Numbered from the stretch's first letter, positions 24,318 through 38,952 are shown. The stretch is 64,000 nt of DNA from Paramecium tetraurelia (GCA_000165425.1 CT868024.1:1-64000); one strand, 5' to 3'. Translations and numbers: made by a program. Notes: generated by a model not told the origin, from the sequence alone.

Positions 24318-26178
24318 ATGAAACCAGCAACATATTTAAAAAAAGTTGGGCCTTATAGTCTAATAAGAGAGATTGGTTAGGGTATTATTTCGTGAGGAGT
24401 AGGTTCATTTGCAAGAGTGTTTAGAGGAAAATTGGATGGACGGCAAGAAGATGTGGCAATCAAAATGATTTCAAAGCAGAATGTTAGAAATGAGAGTATG
24501 TCAATGATTGAAAAGGAGATTGAGATTTTAAGACAATTGGATCACCCCAATATAATCAAATTGATAGATTTTAAAAGAACTCAGAATCATTACTATCTGG
24601 TATTTGAATATTGTGAGAATGGAGACTTAGATGCATATATTAGGTAATTGATTGATTGGATAGGACTAGAAAGTATTCTCCTAATGGAAAATTGCCAGAG
24701 GAAGAAGTTAGGAGAATAGTTTAGTAATTAGCATAAGCATTGTAATAGATGTACAAATTAAGGATTGTACATAGAGATTTAAAATTAGCAAATATATTAG
24801 TATCTAAGAATTTCTAAGTATTGAAAAGAATTACGTATAGATTAAATTAGCTGATTTTGGATTTGCCAAATATATGGAAGAAGATCAATATTTAACTTCT
24901 TATTGTGGAACTCCATTAACGATGGCTCCTGAAATATTATAAAGAAAGTAATATAATGAAAAGTGTGATGTATGGTCAGTGGGTGTGATCATGTATTAAA
25001 TGATATATGGAAGATCTCCATTTGTACCCCCAAAGGGAGGTAATATAAACGATTTAATTGCAATTATCAATAAAGGAGATTTACAATTTCCTGAGATTTC
25101 TACGATTTCACTTAAATTGAAGGAACTATTAATTCAAATGCTGCAATAGGATTTCAAGAAAAGAATAAGTTTTAGAGATTTCTTTGAACATAGTTGGTTG
25201 CAAGGTGAAGTCAAAGCCGACTACATTTAGAGTATTAAACAAGATTTGCAAGAGAATCAATCTGAAATTATGCCTATAATTCATCACAAAGCAACTGAGG
25301 ATATTTAAGAAGAGGAGATATTCAATAATGAAAGAGACGATAGTACAAATGAAGTGTTGAAAGAACAATAATTGAAATACATAGGATATCAATTACATAA
25401 ATAAGCAGTTGGATATTTAGATTTAATGTTTGAGGAGATTTACAAAGTCAAATAATTATGTGACAAAATTTAAAATGCCAAAATTTCATTCTAATTTCTT
25501 AAAAATCGATTAATCAGCTTATCTTTGGCTATTAGAATTTATGAAGCATTTTTATTGAAATAAGTATATGAGTTTATGAAAGAATAAATTGTTGTGTTGC
25601 ACACACCTTCAAGTAACAGTTCTCTGATTAGTCTTTAAATGAAAAGACCATTTTAGACTCATTAAATTATGATGTAAAAAGAAATTATTGAATTGAAGAA
25701 TTACTTTAAAGAAAATCAAATGATTATAAATTAATTTGAATAATGTGGATATTGTATTGCAGATAATATTTTTGATGAAATTTTGGAATTATTAATGAAT
25801 CTCATTGAACATTAATAACAAATTGATTAAAATATATTTACTCAATTACTATAATTGTTGTACTCATTCATTTAATCTCCACCTCAATTGCTGTAAGTTG
25901 AATTGTACATGAAATTGTAAACAGGAAATGACATGAATTATTATTGGCATCTGTTTAAACTTGTTAGAGTGAATTAGAAACATATTGCAGATTCAATTGA
26001 AAATCAAATTGTGTGTGAAAATTATGAGTTTGACAAAAAATTACAGTTTGAATGGAAATTAGTGAAAGATGATAGTGAAGAAACCCAAGTGTCTTTCACT
26101 AAAGAAGAAATTGATAAATTATAAGACTTACTAAAAGAAGAATATACCAAAAGGGATATACGTTAATAAATATAATGA
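24318..26178 (+). CDS. ULK/ATG1-like Ser/Thr protein kinase
   Basis: IGQGSFARV, VAIKMI, HRDLKLANIL, LADFGFAK, CGTPLTMAPE, DVWSVG; the YLVFEYCENGDL and DFGFA context is ULK-like. Confidence 0.88.
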
Positions 26179-26191
26179 TAATTAAAATTAA

Positions 26192-27536
26192 ATGGAGTAC
26201 TTAACTAATGAAAAACTCCTTAAATAATAACAATCAGCTCTATTTTCCATCAGCAATTCTCGTTCTAATAGTGTTTCGCGATTTCCTATTCCTAGTCAAA
26301 GAGCCGCTCCTGATCCAGTTCAACCTCTGAGATCTGCAGATTTGTTTAATAAATTAGAAGACATATTGAAATAAAAGTAGCTGAGTACTACAACAAGAAA
26401 GAGACAGAAGCAAATATCATGTATTTTAAATTCGTAAGCTTGTCATGAGGATTAAAAATAACAAAACATAGAGTCTAGTTATTATAAATCACCTATTAGA
26501 TTACTTGATGTACCTGTAAATGGCTTCATTGATGTAATATGTTTATAGTTATTATGATCTATAGAATAATATTGAAGTTAGAAATAGGAGATAAACTATA
26601 CTTATTGGATCACCTCCCTTTAACTAATAAAATTAAAGCAACAAAAAGAGAAATACTATTTAAAATCAATTCCAAGAAAATTTAAATTAAAAAAAAAAAG
26701 AGAGCCTCAAAAGGTTTGAAGTTGAGTTTAACAATATGCAAGAAAAAATTAGAGGAAGAAATAATGTATAAAATCCATTTCTACTATTAGTCTGTTTTAT
26801 ATGAGGAATAAGATATAATAAAAAGAAATTAAATGAAAGAAAAAAAAGTAGATTTGAATATCAGTACTTCTAAGGAAAACAATACGACATTAAATAAGTT
26901 GAATCATCAATTACAAATACAAAATAATCATTTGTAGGAATAGTTAATTTTTGAATAAAATTAAAATACTAAATTAAATATGCTCATTAATAACTTAAAT
27001 GACCAAATTACAGGATTACATAAGTAATGTATTCTCTATTACATAGACAAATGATTTAATAGCAATAATAGAATAATGAAGATTGCATCAGCAAAGATAA
27101 TTTTATTAAATAATTTCATTCAAAAATAGATTTGTTAGAAAATGAAATTAAATAAAAAGATCAACAGATTCATAATTTGCAATAACAAATCTCGGAATTC
27201 AATAATGTCTATAAAGAAATGCAAGAATTAGAGAATCTATGTTCTTCAATGTCATTCTTAGGCAAATTGTGTATTGGACATAATCATTTGATCCAAGAAA
27301 TCAAAGACTTATTATAAGTGTAGCAGAACATCATCGAAAAAATAACCAATAACAAAGATTTTCCAATCGATTAATTAATTATATAAAAGAAATAGAAAAA
27401 ACATAACTCGTAGACTTAAATTGATTATTAACAATTATGTCAAGAGACCACGAGTGTCTTGGAGAATATCATTAAATAAATCAAAAGTTCTATCGAATAA
27501 TTAACAGAAAGATTTATTCATGACTTACTTATTTGA
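26192..27536 (+). CDS. Hypothetical coiled-coil protein
   Basis: ATG 13 bp after the kinase stop; Q/E/K-rich heptad-like translation with short introns; TGA 27534-27536. Confidence 0.7.
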
Positions 27537-27582
27537 CTAATTAAATAATTATAATTGCTTAGTATTTATATAATTTAAAAAA

Positions 27583-27861
27583 ATGAATGTTGTCTCATAT
27601 CAATATAAAAACATCATTGAGGATTTATTGCATGTGATATCCCAATAACACAACCCGTTCTTGGATATTAAAATCAAGAAAATTAAGGAAAGGCTTCATT
27701 ATGTAGAATTATAACAAAGACAAAATAGATTAACTGATTTACAATAAAAACAAATGATCCGATTACAATCAATTCCTCTAAAACCTAAATTGATCTAAAA
27801 TACTAAAAATAGAGCTCAATCAACAGCCTATCATCAGAGATTTGTATAATTGCATACTTGA
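27583..27861 (+). CDS. Hypothetical 92-aa basic protein
   Basis: 279-nt ATG..TGA frame filling the gap between two genes; no recognisable motif. Confidence 0.5.
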
Positions 27862-27872
27862 TTATTAAAATT

Positions 27873-29403
27873 ATGTAATAAATATATAACCCAGATGAAA
27901 GGATAAATATTGAATTATTTTTGGCTGCTAGAGAGCTTCCCAATCTTGAATTCTTATCCAAGAGTGATCCTTATTTAGAATTATATTATTCCCTCCAAGG
28001 AGAACCAGAAATTTGTTTAGGCAAAACTGAAACAGCTGAATGCAACTTAGATCCCAATTGGGAAAAATCATTTACTATTGAATACTATCCAGATTTAATT
28101 CAAATACTAAGATTCTAGATTTTTGATTAAAATAGAATGGGAAGAGAATTCATGGGGGAAGCATAAGTAACAATCAAAGACATCTTGCAATCTAAAAATT
28201 CATTAATATCGATGCCAATCAAAAGATTTGATAAAAATGCTGGATAATTAATATGCAAGGCAGTATAAATGAAATAATCAAATCATTTTGTTACATGGCA
28301 ATTTTCAGGTTCAAATATTAAAAATATGGATGGTATCTTTGGCAAGTCTGATCCATTTCTTAAATTTTATTTGCATTCTGATAATGTTTGGTGTTAAATC
28401 TATTAAACTGAATACATAAAAGATGACCTAAATCCAACATGGAAAGATTTTGAGGTTTCCTTATAAAGGTTATGTCTGAATGATGAATACAAGAAGTTTA
28501 AAATAGAATGTTTGGATAGACACGAAAAGGGAAAAAATAATCAATTAATTGGCTCATTTGAAACAACGATTGATGAGATATTCAATCAAAACAAGGAAGA
28601 ATTTTCACTTGTCTAACCTAAGGGAGGTTAAGTAGGAACTATAAGAATAAAGAATAAAAAGAGAATATACAGAGCAAACTTTGATGATTATATTAAACAA
28701 GGCACCACTTTTAATCTCATTATTGGCATTGACTATTCTACTCACAATGGTGTTCCATCATTTCCAGATTCCCTACATTCTTACATAGATTAAAATAATA
28801 AATATGGAAAAGTAATATGTGATGTAGCTCAAGTCTTAGAAAAATACAATCAAAAAAAGCTATTTGCAATATATGGAATTGGTGCAGAACCTCATTTAAC
28901 AAATTATACATTAAATACATATTAAACTTTATTCCCATTGACAGGTGATTTCTAAAAGCCTTAAGTCGAAGGATATCAAGAAGTTGCGAATTTATATAAA
29001 AATACATTAAAACAAATAGTTGTAAAAGGAGATTTTCAAATCGAAGACTACATTAAATATATACAAACTATTGCTGAGAATAATGCGGGTAAATTAATAT
29101 ACACAATTTGTGTGATAATAGCCTAGGGGAAGATTACAGATGCTTAAGTTTTCGAAGATTTGCTAATAAAGGGTACTTGTTTTATTAAATAAAGGTTGTA
29201 AATTGCCATATTCATTGATTTTTGTAGGTATGGGAAAGAATGATTTTTCAGAAGTGAAAAAAATTATTGATAAAATGAACAATCAATAACCACCAATCAG
29301 AAATAACTTCACATTCTATGAATACAAAGAATAAACAATTTAAATGTTATCCAAACATTTAATGAACGATATACCATAACATTTGGTTAGTTATAAATAA
29401 TGA
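27873..29403 (+). CDS. Copine-family protein (C2-C2-vWA)
   Basis: ARELPNLEFLSKSDPY..NLDPNW; KNMDGIFGKSDPFL..DDLNPTW; LIIGIDYS.HNG..PDSLH; PYSLIFVGMG. Confidence 0.9.
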
Positions 29404-29425
29404 TCAATATTATTATTATTATAAA

Positions 29426-30429
29426 ATGGGCAATTGTGAATCAGATTAACAGAGTCAATTCTAATAACCTGACCATATTGATCTAAGTTCAAGTCATAAT
29501 AAAAGGATCTTTGACCACAAGGCTATTGAATAAGAGGAATTCACTAGTAACAAAGTTCCAGAACCAATAGATGTTCAGCACGAAATTGAAGATGTAATTT
29601 ATAAATCAAAAAGTTTAGGAATTACAAAATTTAGATCCATAACCGGCCATCATTAATCTACCTCCATTTAATTTTGGAGAGAAAAAACACTTAAATGCAG
29701 AGAGCAGACCAGCTTATAGATTAGTTGATGGATCCACTTATGTAGGAGAATGGGTTGGAGATTAAATGACAGGTAATGGTGTTTTAGAAGGAAGAAATGG
29801 AAAATATGAAGGTCAATTTGAGAATGGTAGGAAACAAGGAAGAGGGCGATTCACCTTTCCAAATGGAGAAGTTTATGAAGGAGATTGGAAGGATGATTAA
29901 GAGGATGGCATAGGAACATATTATTATTCTTAAGGAACAGTTTATCACGGATAGTGGGTTTAAAATTAAAAACATGGATAAGGAAGAGAAAACTTTCCCA
30001 ATGGATCCAATTTTCAAGGAAATTTTGAAAATGGAATTAAAACTGGACATGGAGTATTTATATGGAAAGATGGAACCAAATATGAAGGCAGATTTATAGA
30101 TAATAAAATATGTGGATAAGGTTAAATGGAATACCCAAATAAAAGAGTTTACGTAGGAGAGTTCTTGAATGGTAAAATGCATGGAAAGGGAAAATTTAGC
30201 GTATATATTGATGATTTATCTAATAAAGTGGCCTGATGGTAGAATTTATGATGGGGAGTATTAATATGACAAAAAGCATGGTTATGGTATCCTAACTGGA
30301 TAGAATTACAGGTATGAGGGTGAATGGAAGGAAGGCAAAATGGAAGGATAAGGAACTTTGACTAAAGATGGAGAAATTAAAGTAGGCTTTTGGCATAATA
30401 ATAAGTTTGTTGGTGAAAACAATTATTGA
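29426..30429 (+). CDS. MORN-repeat protein with likely N-myristoylation/palmitoylation (MGNC)
   Basis: MGNCES start; repeated YEGxWxxxxxxGxG..DG units. Confidence 0.9.
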
Positions 30430-30722
30430 TCGAAATTTTTATTATATTAAGAATATAAAATTAACGATTGTTATTAACACATTAGGCATTACAATCTTAT
30501 ATACTTAAATTTAGATTTCAAATTATAATTAATAAAATAAATTGTTAAAACATATGATCAATTTCCAAATTAATTAAGATTCTTGGATAAATGTGATGCT
30601 TAAATAAATAAATTAATATCTAATTTTAGTTTAATATCTTGCAAAATTAAAATACATTTATACATCATTAGATAAAGAAAAATTAAGTTTAACTAAAAAT
30701 AATTTTTAATAAAATATAAACT

Positions 30723-32147
30723 ATGGCAAGTCGATTCTTCGATTAAGTAGATCATGCTTCAAACTTGAAGCTAAATCTTATACTTTTAGTTATAATCAGT
30801 TCATCAATAGATATTGTGAATTCACTTGAGTATTAATCAGGGACTCTTACTTAAATTCTTTATCCATCCACTCCTCTCCATATATTAGCAGATTCACATA
30901 CTGAGAACTCTCAGATATCTTTAACTTAGCCATTGACTGGTTTTGTAAATGAACCTTAAATCATCTACTCAGTGTATAGAATGAACTTTGAAAATGCAGT
31001 ATCTGGAGGATACACTTTCTCGATTACATCACAATCAACATCATGTAGTTATATTATTCTAGTTTTAGCATTTACAATAACAGTAGTTGCCCCTACAGTT
31101 TAAAAAATTTATAATGTTTGGATTAAATGGTTGGCTTTTGTGGATAGGAATAAATAGGTCATAAGCGAGGAGATTGTAACACCATAAAACTCAGAGACTT
31201 TCACAGAAACACATTTCAATAAGAACTTTATAATTGCTGTTCCAATAATAAATTATTTGACTTACACTAGTTCTTTTACTTTCAAATTTGATGTATTAAT
31301 GAATTATTATTTAGATGCCCCAAGTTGATACAGCCTATGTGTAGATTGTGTTTACTAGCACTGGAGTATCTTAAATAGGATTTCAATTATTGGTAGCCAT
31401 AAAAAGTCCAGTTTACTTATTTGGAGAACAATAATGGGCTCCAGCCTCTAGCACTTTAAATTTGAGTCCATTTGAAATTAATAGTGTGTAGATACCTCCT
31501 TTGTAATAATCTGATAATATTAATTTTCCAATATTTTTGGGACTTACATCTGACTTAACAGATCAAGTTAATATAGAAGAGATTAGTTCATCAATCAACC
31601 CTTAGTTGTCTTTTGAGATTGGATCTTGTAAATTATTATACTAATTTTAGCCATAACCTGTTCTGTAACTAGTGGATGGTTCAATTACATGATTATATCT
31701 CCCTAATTTTAAATCCCTCCACTTATTTTACAAACTTTCTCTTAATAAGAGTATTTTGTCAGCAGCGGCACCTAATAAATCAGTGTAGAACTCCCACTAT
31801 ATAAAACTACCTATACAAGTACTACTGGTTGGATAGAAATGGATAACTCGTTTCTTGGAATTTAATTGGTGATTACAACAGAATGTCTATTCAAATATAA
31901 ACATGATTATTGGTTCCTTGGTTCTGTTAATGATAATCAAAGATATATTCAAGACTACTTTTATTGTTCTGATGGATTCAATAGGATGAAATATATTATT
32001 AATTTCACTGATGGGGATAGACTTGAATATAAAACAATCAAATTTGTATTCACACCTACTAGTGTTGAAATGTACTAACAACTCGATAATGTGAATTTTG
32101 ATGAGGAATACAGAAACCTAAAAATAGTGATTAGTCAAGTCAGATGA
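30723..32147 (+). CDS. Secreted beta-rich protein, possibly with H-type-lectin-like domains
   Basis: Hydrophobic stretch LILLVIISSSIDIV near the N-terminus; Ser/Thr/aromatic-rich; short introns; domain call is tentative. Confidence 0.6.
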
Positions 32148-32220
32148 TTATTAATTTATTTTATAATCTTGATAATAGTTTATTGATAATAATTAAACAA
32201 TATATATTTTCTATAAAACT

Positions 32221-32768
32221 TCATTCAAATTCACAACAGCTCGAAAAGAATTTCTTCAACATCCTCTATCCAAATGGAATGAAACTTAAAACGTACCTAA
32301 ATGTTTAATTCTTATTAATTACCAAACATATGCACAAAATTAAACTAATGTCATAAGCAGGGTTAGAAATGTTAAATCAGTTGCAAATGCTAGTACAAGG
32401 GTTACAATCAATGTTGAAAAGAATATTATTGTAGAAATTAATCTACTTTTGTCGGCCATCTTCTTGCATTAATCTTTTGGTCCAGACAAAAACAAAGTAC
32501 TATGCTATTCAAAATGCTATAGGTACCTCATTATTGCCACTAAATTTCCGATTGAAAATATGATTGCAAATTCTTTGCCATTCCCTTGAAAAAATGAAAT
32601 GAATGCACAAAATTCTAAGAACCAACCTAATTTTGATAATTCTATAATATTACCTATTCCACTACAAATCAAAAATCCCCACAATCTTTATTGATATGAT
32701 AGTTTTGGACATACAGCATCTAAAGGATCATCCTTTTTATCCGAAAAAAAATTATAATCTCCTTTCAT
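32221..32768 (-). CDS. SFT2: SFT2/Got1-family vesicle transport protein
   Basis: CPKLSYQQRLWGFLICSGIG..FAIIFSIGNLVA..FLSGPKDQCKKM..YVLSFIPFG; four hydrophobic segments. Confidence 0.88.
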
Positions 32769-32823
32769 TTTATATTTACTTTCAAATAAATATCTTTTTT
32801 ATTATTTATTTTTTTATTTAATA

Positions 32824-33426
32824 ATGTCAAGAAGAGGTCAATAACCACCACCCTAACAACAATAAGCCCCACCACAAAAAAATTAAGCTGGCAAATTCAA
32901 CCCAGCCGAATTTGTTAAGCCTGGATTGACCGAAGAAGAAGTCTTAGAAATAAAAGAAGCATTCGACTTATTTGATACAGATGGGTATAATATCATACTT
33001 ATTTATTAGTACTCAATCCATTGATCCAAAGGAATTGAAAGCTGCAATGACCTCATTAGGATTTGAAGCCAAAAACTAAACAATTTATCAAATGATTAGT
33101 GATTTGGATACTGATGGAAGTGGACAAATTGATTTTGCTGAGTTTTTGAAATTGATGACTGCTAGAATCAGCGAGAGAGATTCCAAAGCTGACATTTAAG
33201 TACATAAATATCACTCAATTCATTCTAGAAAGTCTTCAACCTTTTCGATTCAGAAAGAGCTGGAGTTATCACTTTGAAGGATCTCAGAAAAGTAGCTAAA
33301 GAATTAGGAGAAACCATGGATGATTCTGAATTGTAAGAGATGATTGATAGAGCTGATTCTGATGGAGATGCTTAAGTGACCTTTGAAGATTTCTACAATA
33401 TAATGACCAAAAAGACATTTGCATGA
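32824..33426 (+). CDS. ICL1: Centrin (caltractin) of the infraciliary-lattice ICL1 subfamily; N-terminus recalls ICL1b
   Basis: [54 protein letters not shown]..four EF-hands..[11 protein letters not shown]; two introns. Confidence 0.95.
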
Positions 33427-34163
33427 TTGAAGTCATTAATAATAAATAAAAATAAGTAAAATTCTTCATCATATATCTCAATCTCTTTTTCTTTTACATT
33501 CTTCTCTACTGAAAATTATTTTTTATTATGATATTAGTAATTATTCAATTTTACTTATTTCTTATCAATAAATTTTTTAAACGAAGCTCAGATATAGTGT
33601 TTATATTTTGGATATTTGATATAATGGTTGATTCAAAAATGAATAGTCTAAGAATTTTGAGAGTCAATATTGTTAGAAAATTTCAGTGAACAATATTTTG
33701 AAAATAAATTATTATCTTGTATTTCTAAGTATTTGAAAACCATTTACAAATAAATAATATTTGATATACATATATATCCTATTCATCCTGTTCTCTTGTA
33801 TTAAGGATTCTAAGATAATAATAATTTTTCTATTGTTTTTTATTCATTATTTTTTAAATTACTTTCATTAACTTCTACTATTTCAAGTAAGTAGTGATTA
33901 TTGTTAATATTACAATATAATCTATATTATTGTAACTCATTATTCGTATTTATAGTGTCATCTCTATTATAATTTATTCTTAGAAAAAGATAAAATATAT
34001 TATCTCTGATTAATAACAATTTGATATCAAAATGTTTCATATTTTCAAGATCTTTTATGATAACACTATTTTCAAACTCTAAAGTTTGTTCTCAGTTATT
34101 TCACTTGATTTGAAATCTTATAAACTTGATTTTTAATAATGAGTATTTATTATAAATATTATA

Positions 34164-36109
34164 ATGGCATTTGTATTTTAAGCTGAAAGAACAGATATAC
34201 TATAGTAGAGTGGTGTTTCACAAGACGTATGATGAAATTGAAAAGCTGTAGATTGGACCTGGTAGCTATATAACACATGAATATTATAAGGTAAAATAAG
34301 GAAATGCTCCTTTTGATTCATCTGTTAGTAGGAGTGAAAGAAATAAGAATGAAATTATTCCTGGGCCTGGTAGTTATTATTAAGATAATGAATATGATAA
34401 GTATTAATGTACCTTATCAAGTAACACATATGGAAAATAGCATTCACCTAAACATATGAAGTTATCTGATAAATAATAGTAGTCGTTTATATTTGCATCA
34501 GCATCTAAGCGTTTTGAGGCACCAAAAGTATTTATGACACCAGGGTAATTAATATAATAGATGATTTAGACCTGGATCATATGAAACTGATATAGTTATT
34601 GATAAACCAATTCAGTAATAGTTTATATCTTAAAGTTATATGGAAATTTTGAGAAGTTTGAATAAATATTAATCAATCCCTTCAATTCCAACTGATAATT
34701 AGGTTTACGGTTATACAGAGAAAGGAGGTATTTTTGGTTTTTAACAGTTTAGTACATGATTTGGAGTCTAATTAAAATCCTGATGATACTTACTCAGGAA
34801 TTAAGTAAGATACTGTTGGACCTGGAAAGTATGAAATAAAAGATACATTTGAATAAAATCGAAATAAAGGTCCTTGTTGGCATAAATCAAAAATTCCACG
34901 ATTTGATCCTTCAATCTCAAAGGATATAAATTAGAAAGTGGGTCCTGGCAGTTATAATTACAGCAACTCAATTACTCCAATATACAAATTAAGTCCATCT
35001 GGAAATTTTAAATCTAAATCCAGTCGAACTTTTGATAATACAAAAGGTGAAAAATAAAAATAGTTTATGAAAATCTATTTCGACAAATAAAAAGAGAAAC
35101 TAATGAGAAATCCTGGTTACTCTGATTTAGAGGATGAAGAATTCGAATTTTCTGATGTGAATAATCTTTAAATATATTTTAGGTTACTACTCCTGGTCCT
35201 GGTCATTATTTTGGAAACACTTCTACACAATCTGTATCATCTAAACATTCTTAATAATCCATTAAATTAGGATACAATTGTTTTGGATCTCGAACTAAAA
35301 GATTTTAAGAATAAAAAGTTCAATATTAGATAGGACCAGGAGAGTATTAATTAGATACAGAAACAGTAAAATACAACATCGTTTAACCTCCATTTTATTC
35401 ATCAAACACACGATTTGAAGAGAAATACTTGGGTCAATTGCCAGGTCCATAAACATATGATCCAAAAATAACTGTATTCTTTTATTACGAATTTCTCTTA
35501 GTTAGCAGATAAATTAATGAAGAAATTAGAAAGAACTCCAATAGGGAATTTTGGAATAAATGAATCAAGATATAAGGAAGAATATCATCAAGTGCCAGGA
35601 CCAGGATCTTATGAAATAAACAATAAACTATAAAAAGGGATCAATTCTATTTTTAAATCAAAAACTGACAGGAATATATCTCTTAAATAGAAAACTGACA
35701 ATTTTCCAGCTCCTGGAACTTATAATGTTTAAAATAATACAATAGAGCATGAAATCAAAAAGAACCATGAAGAAAATCAAGAAATCAAACAATAAAAACA
35801 AGCATTTGGTTCATCTATGCCTAAGTTTATCAGTAGGAAAAATATACAAGAGTAAGTGCATTAAGAGTTTGAAGATGAAGAAGAAGAAGAGGAAATAAAA
35901 AAATTACATAACTCATCTGGGTTACTTAAAAAAAGGAAGAATGTCTAAGCCTCCTTCAATGTTAGGGTATGAATACTTTATAAGTGTAGGAAAATAGATT
36001 TCAAACTAAAAAGAAAGATACATATAAATTAGGCCCTGGAGAATACTATAGTCCAAATTGTAGTAAGTGGGAGAAAAAAAGTTTTAATGTGTTATTTTAA
36101 AAAATATGA
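34164..36109 (+). CDS. SHIPPO/STPG-type PGPGxY repeat protein (probably axonemal)
   Basis: MAFVFQAER start; many (P/V)GPGxY repeats (IGPGSY, PGPGSY, VGPGKY, PGPGHY, PAPGTY, LGPGEY); ends KKSFNVLF. Confidence 0.88.
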
Positions 36110-36170
36110 ATTTTATGATTAATTATAATTTTGTGTTTGAATATATATACAAATTGAATTCATTTTTGGA

Positions 36171-37312
36171 TCATAATTTTTTGAAGAATTTAAAGTCAGA
36201 TTTGGTGTGTTAATGTAATCTTATAGAAGATTTAACAGAATCAGTAATTTTAAATTATTTAGATATTGAAATACTAGTTTTGCATTTATTTGAATGTTAA
36301 CTAAAGTTAGTATTAGAATCTCATACCTATTTGTATTGAATATCTGAACTTATAGAGGAGATAATAATTTAGATAAGGCATTTTCTTTGACTGCTCTTTA
36401 TGTAAACGAGCCTATTTGTTTTGGTAGTTACTTTATATTTATTCTGGGAGAAGATTGAATTTAAAAGGGTTATTGATATAGGGATTATTACTTGGTTGAC
36501 TTATTAGAACTTATTGTTTACTAAGTAATTTAAGTAGATTATTAGTTAATCATCTTTCTTGACAAGACCTATTTGATTGTTTTCTGGGATAATCCAATAG
36601 GCAATTTGAGAGATACTGAGTTAGGCGTTTATGTAATGTGCATCTGTTTTTTGTATTTCTTTTCAGTAAGATATTTAAGAAACTTATCTAATTGATCTTA
36701 TTCTCGATTGGAGGGCATTAATAAGAGATCTCCCACATTTAATTTAATGGAATTGAGTTTAGTTTGTATTTTATCAATTGTTTTTGATACTTCAGTAATA
36801 TCATTCAAGACATTACTGTATTGTCTCCCAGACTTTTATGTAGTTGTATCATCTGGTTCTTCTCCGACGATTTTCTTTTTAGGTTAATTTGGATTTGATT
36901 TGTTATCTTTTTCAATCATTCTCTTAATTCTAAAATACTCGATCCTCCTTTTCTTATCATGATAACTACAATAATTAAGCTCTTATGTTTACCTACTCAT
37001 TATGTCAGCCAACTTATGTAGGAAGCATCTTGGGATCTCATTATGGTACTTATAATATTCAGTTAATAATGGCAGCTTTGTAGCTATTTCATCTAAAATA
37101 ATGCAAAATTAAATACGAATATTGTATGTTCTTCTTAATTATTCACTTTCTTCATTGAAATTAGTTTCATAATGAAAATTAATCACATGTGCTAATCTGG
37201 CATTATCAATGTATTCATTTAAAGACTTTGTATAATAGTAAGTATCTTATTGAGAATATTTGTAAGCCAAACTTTGTTGAAGGTCTATCTTCGATAAGAA
37301 ATTATTGCTCAT
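36171..37312 (-). CDS. Hypothetical protein (conserved-looking N-terminal domain, low-complexity tail)
   Basis: LTEYYKYHNEIPRCF..HDKKRRIEYFRIKRM; two short introns; TGA at 36173-36171. Confidence 0.75.
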
Positions 37313-38293
37313 TTATATATTTAATACAAAAATATAAAATTAAACAAGTATTTCAGCATTATTATTGATTATCCTAATTGCCAGTAAATTCAATTCAATT
37401 ATTGTTTCAACAATACTGACTACTCATCTTGAAATTGATTGTATATAAGATTAGACAATTAAACATTAAATAAATGAGTCATAAAATTATAGAAACCTAT
37501 CTCAAATTTAAACACCACATACAAATCAATTTTGAATTAATTGACACATTCATGGTAATATTTCATCAGTTTTATTTGTGGCAACCTCACTTTCTTAATA
37601 TGATTTCAATTCTTAATTAACTTACTATGGATATTAGTTAAACAATGGTCTTTTTTTAGATCTGAAAAATATTGGAAATGTTGTTAATAATTTCTGTTAA
37701 AATTTATATCATTTTAATCATTTGCCTAAAATCATCTTATTCTGAATTATTTGATTATAGTGGTGTCTTTGTATCTATATAAGTTTGAAATTCCCACTTG
37801 ATATTAGCTTAATACAATTAATTGGATAGAAAGATTTGCCAAAATTGCTTATTTTTCTTTTTTCCTGCATAGAATAATCTGTTTTATACAGATTTAAAAT
37901 AATTAAAGTAATTTTCTATTGGTAAAACATCTTTGAATTGAATGTTAACAATATAACTTATTTATTAGTTGGTTAAAGATTAGCACCTGAACTTTGGATA
38001 TCAATTTCAGTTTAATCAAGTTAATAATTTTGATTGGATAAATATATAGTTTGCATCAGAAATTCATGAAACAATTAGATAGTAAAGTAAATTAATATCA
38101 TTTGTTAACCTATTTTAGGAATGGGTCGTGTTTTGTAGTAAGAAATACTAGAGTTTCAAAGTATTTCATATTCTGCAATATCTTGATTGAAAGATCAGAA
38201 TCAAATTCTGATTTAAGTCTATTCATCTCTTTGAAATTGATTCCAATAAGTCATAGTGTTCATAATACTATTTCTTGATTATAAATTTAATTA

Positions 38294-38931
38294 ATGGGTA
38301 AACATAAACAGCGATCTTCTTCTAGTTCAAGTAGTAATAGAAAAAAACATAAGAAAAAGCACCATCATCAAAAGAAAGAAGTGAAATAAGAACATGTCAA
38401 GAAAGAAGAAGAGCCATAACCAATTTAACCTGAAATAATAAAAGAAAAACCTTGTTTTGAGGCATCTGGGATATTAGCTTAATATGCAGAAAATGCTTTA
38501 GGGAATGGCAAGGTACTAAAGTTTACAATACCATTTGATGCTAAAATTCCAACAGCTAATTGGCAGATATTTCCCTTTAAGGGAACACAATCATATCGTA
38601 TATATTAATATTATTTATAAAAGCTTCTATCTCTTTAAAAGGAAAGTCAGTATTTCTGATTGGGAAGGATAAAGAAATAGTTGATATCTTAGTTGAAAAC
38701 CTATCAGTTTCAAAATAGCATTGTGTTATATAATTTAGAGAAATCAAGAAGGTAAATGGTTAAGGAGAAGTGTTATCCTATATCAAACCATATGCAATGG
38801 ATTTAGAGAGCACTAATGGGACCTATCTAAATGAGTAGTAATTAGAGCCTGCAAGATATTATGAATTATTAGAAGAGGATGTACTCAGATTTGGGAAAAG
38901 CGACAGGGAATATGTACTTATAAAATCATGA
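38294..38931 (+). CDS. FHA-domain protein, SNIP1/Pml1/DAWDLE-like
   Basis: EKPCFEASGILA; FLIGKDKEIVDI..SVSKQHCVIQFR; KPYAMDLESTNGTYLN..ARYYELLEEDVLRFGKSDREYVL. Confidence 0.9.
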
Positions 38932-38952
38932 TGTTTATTATTATCAACTTAT

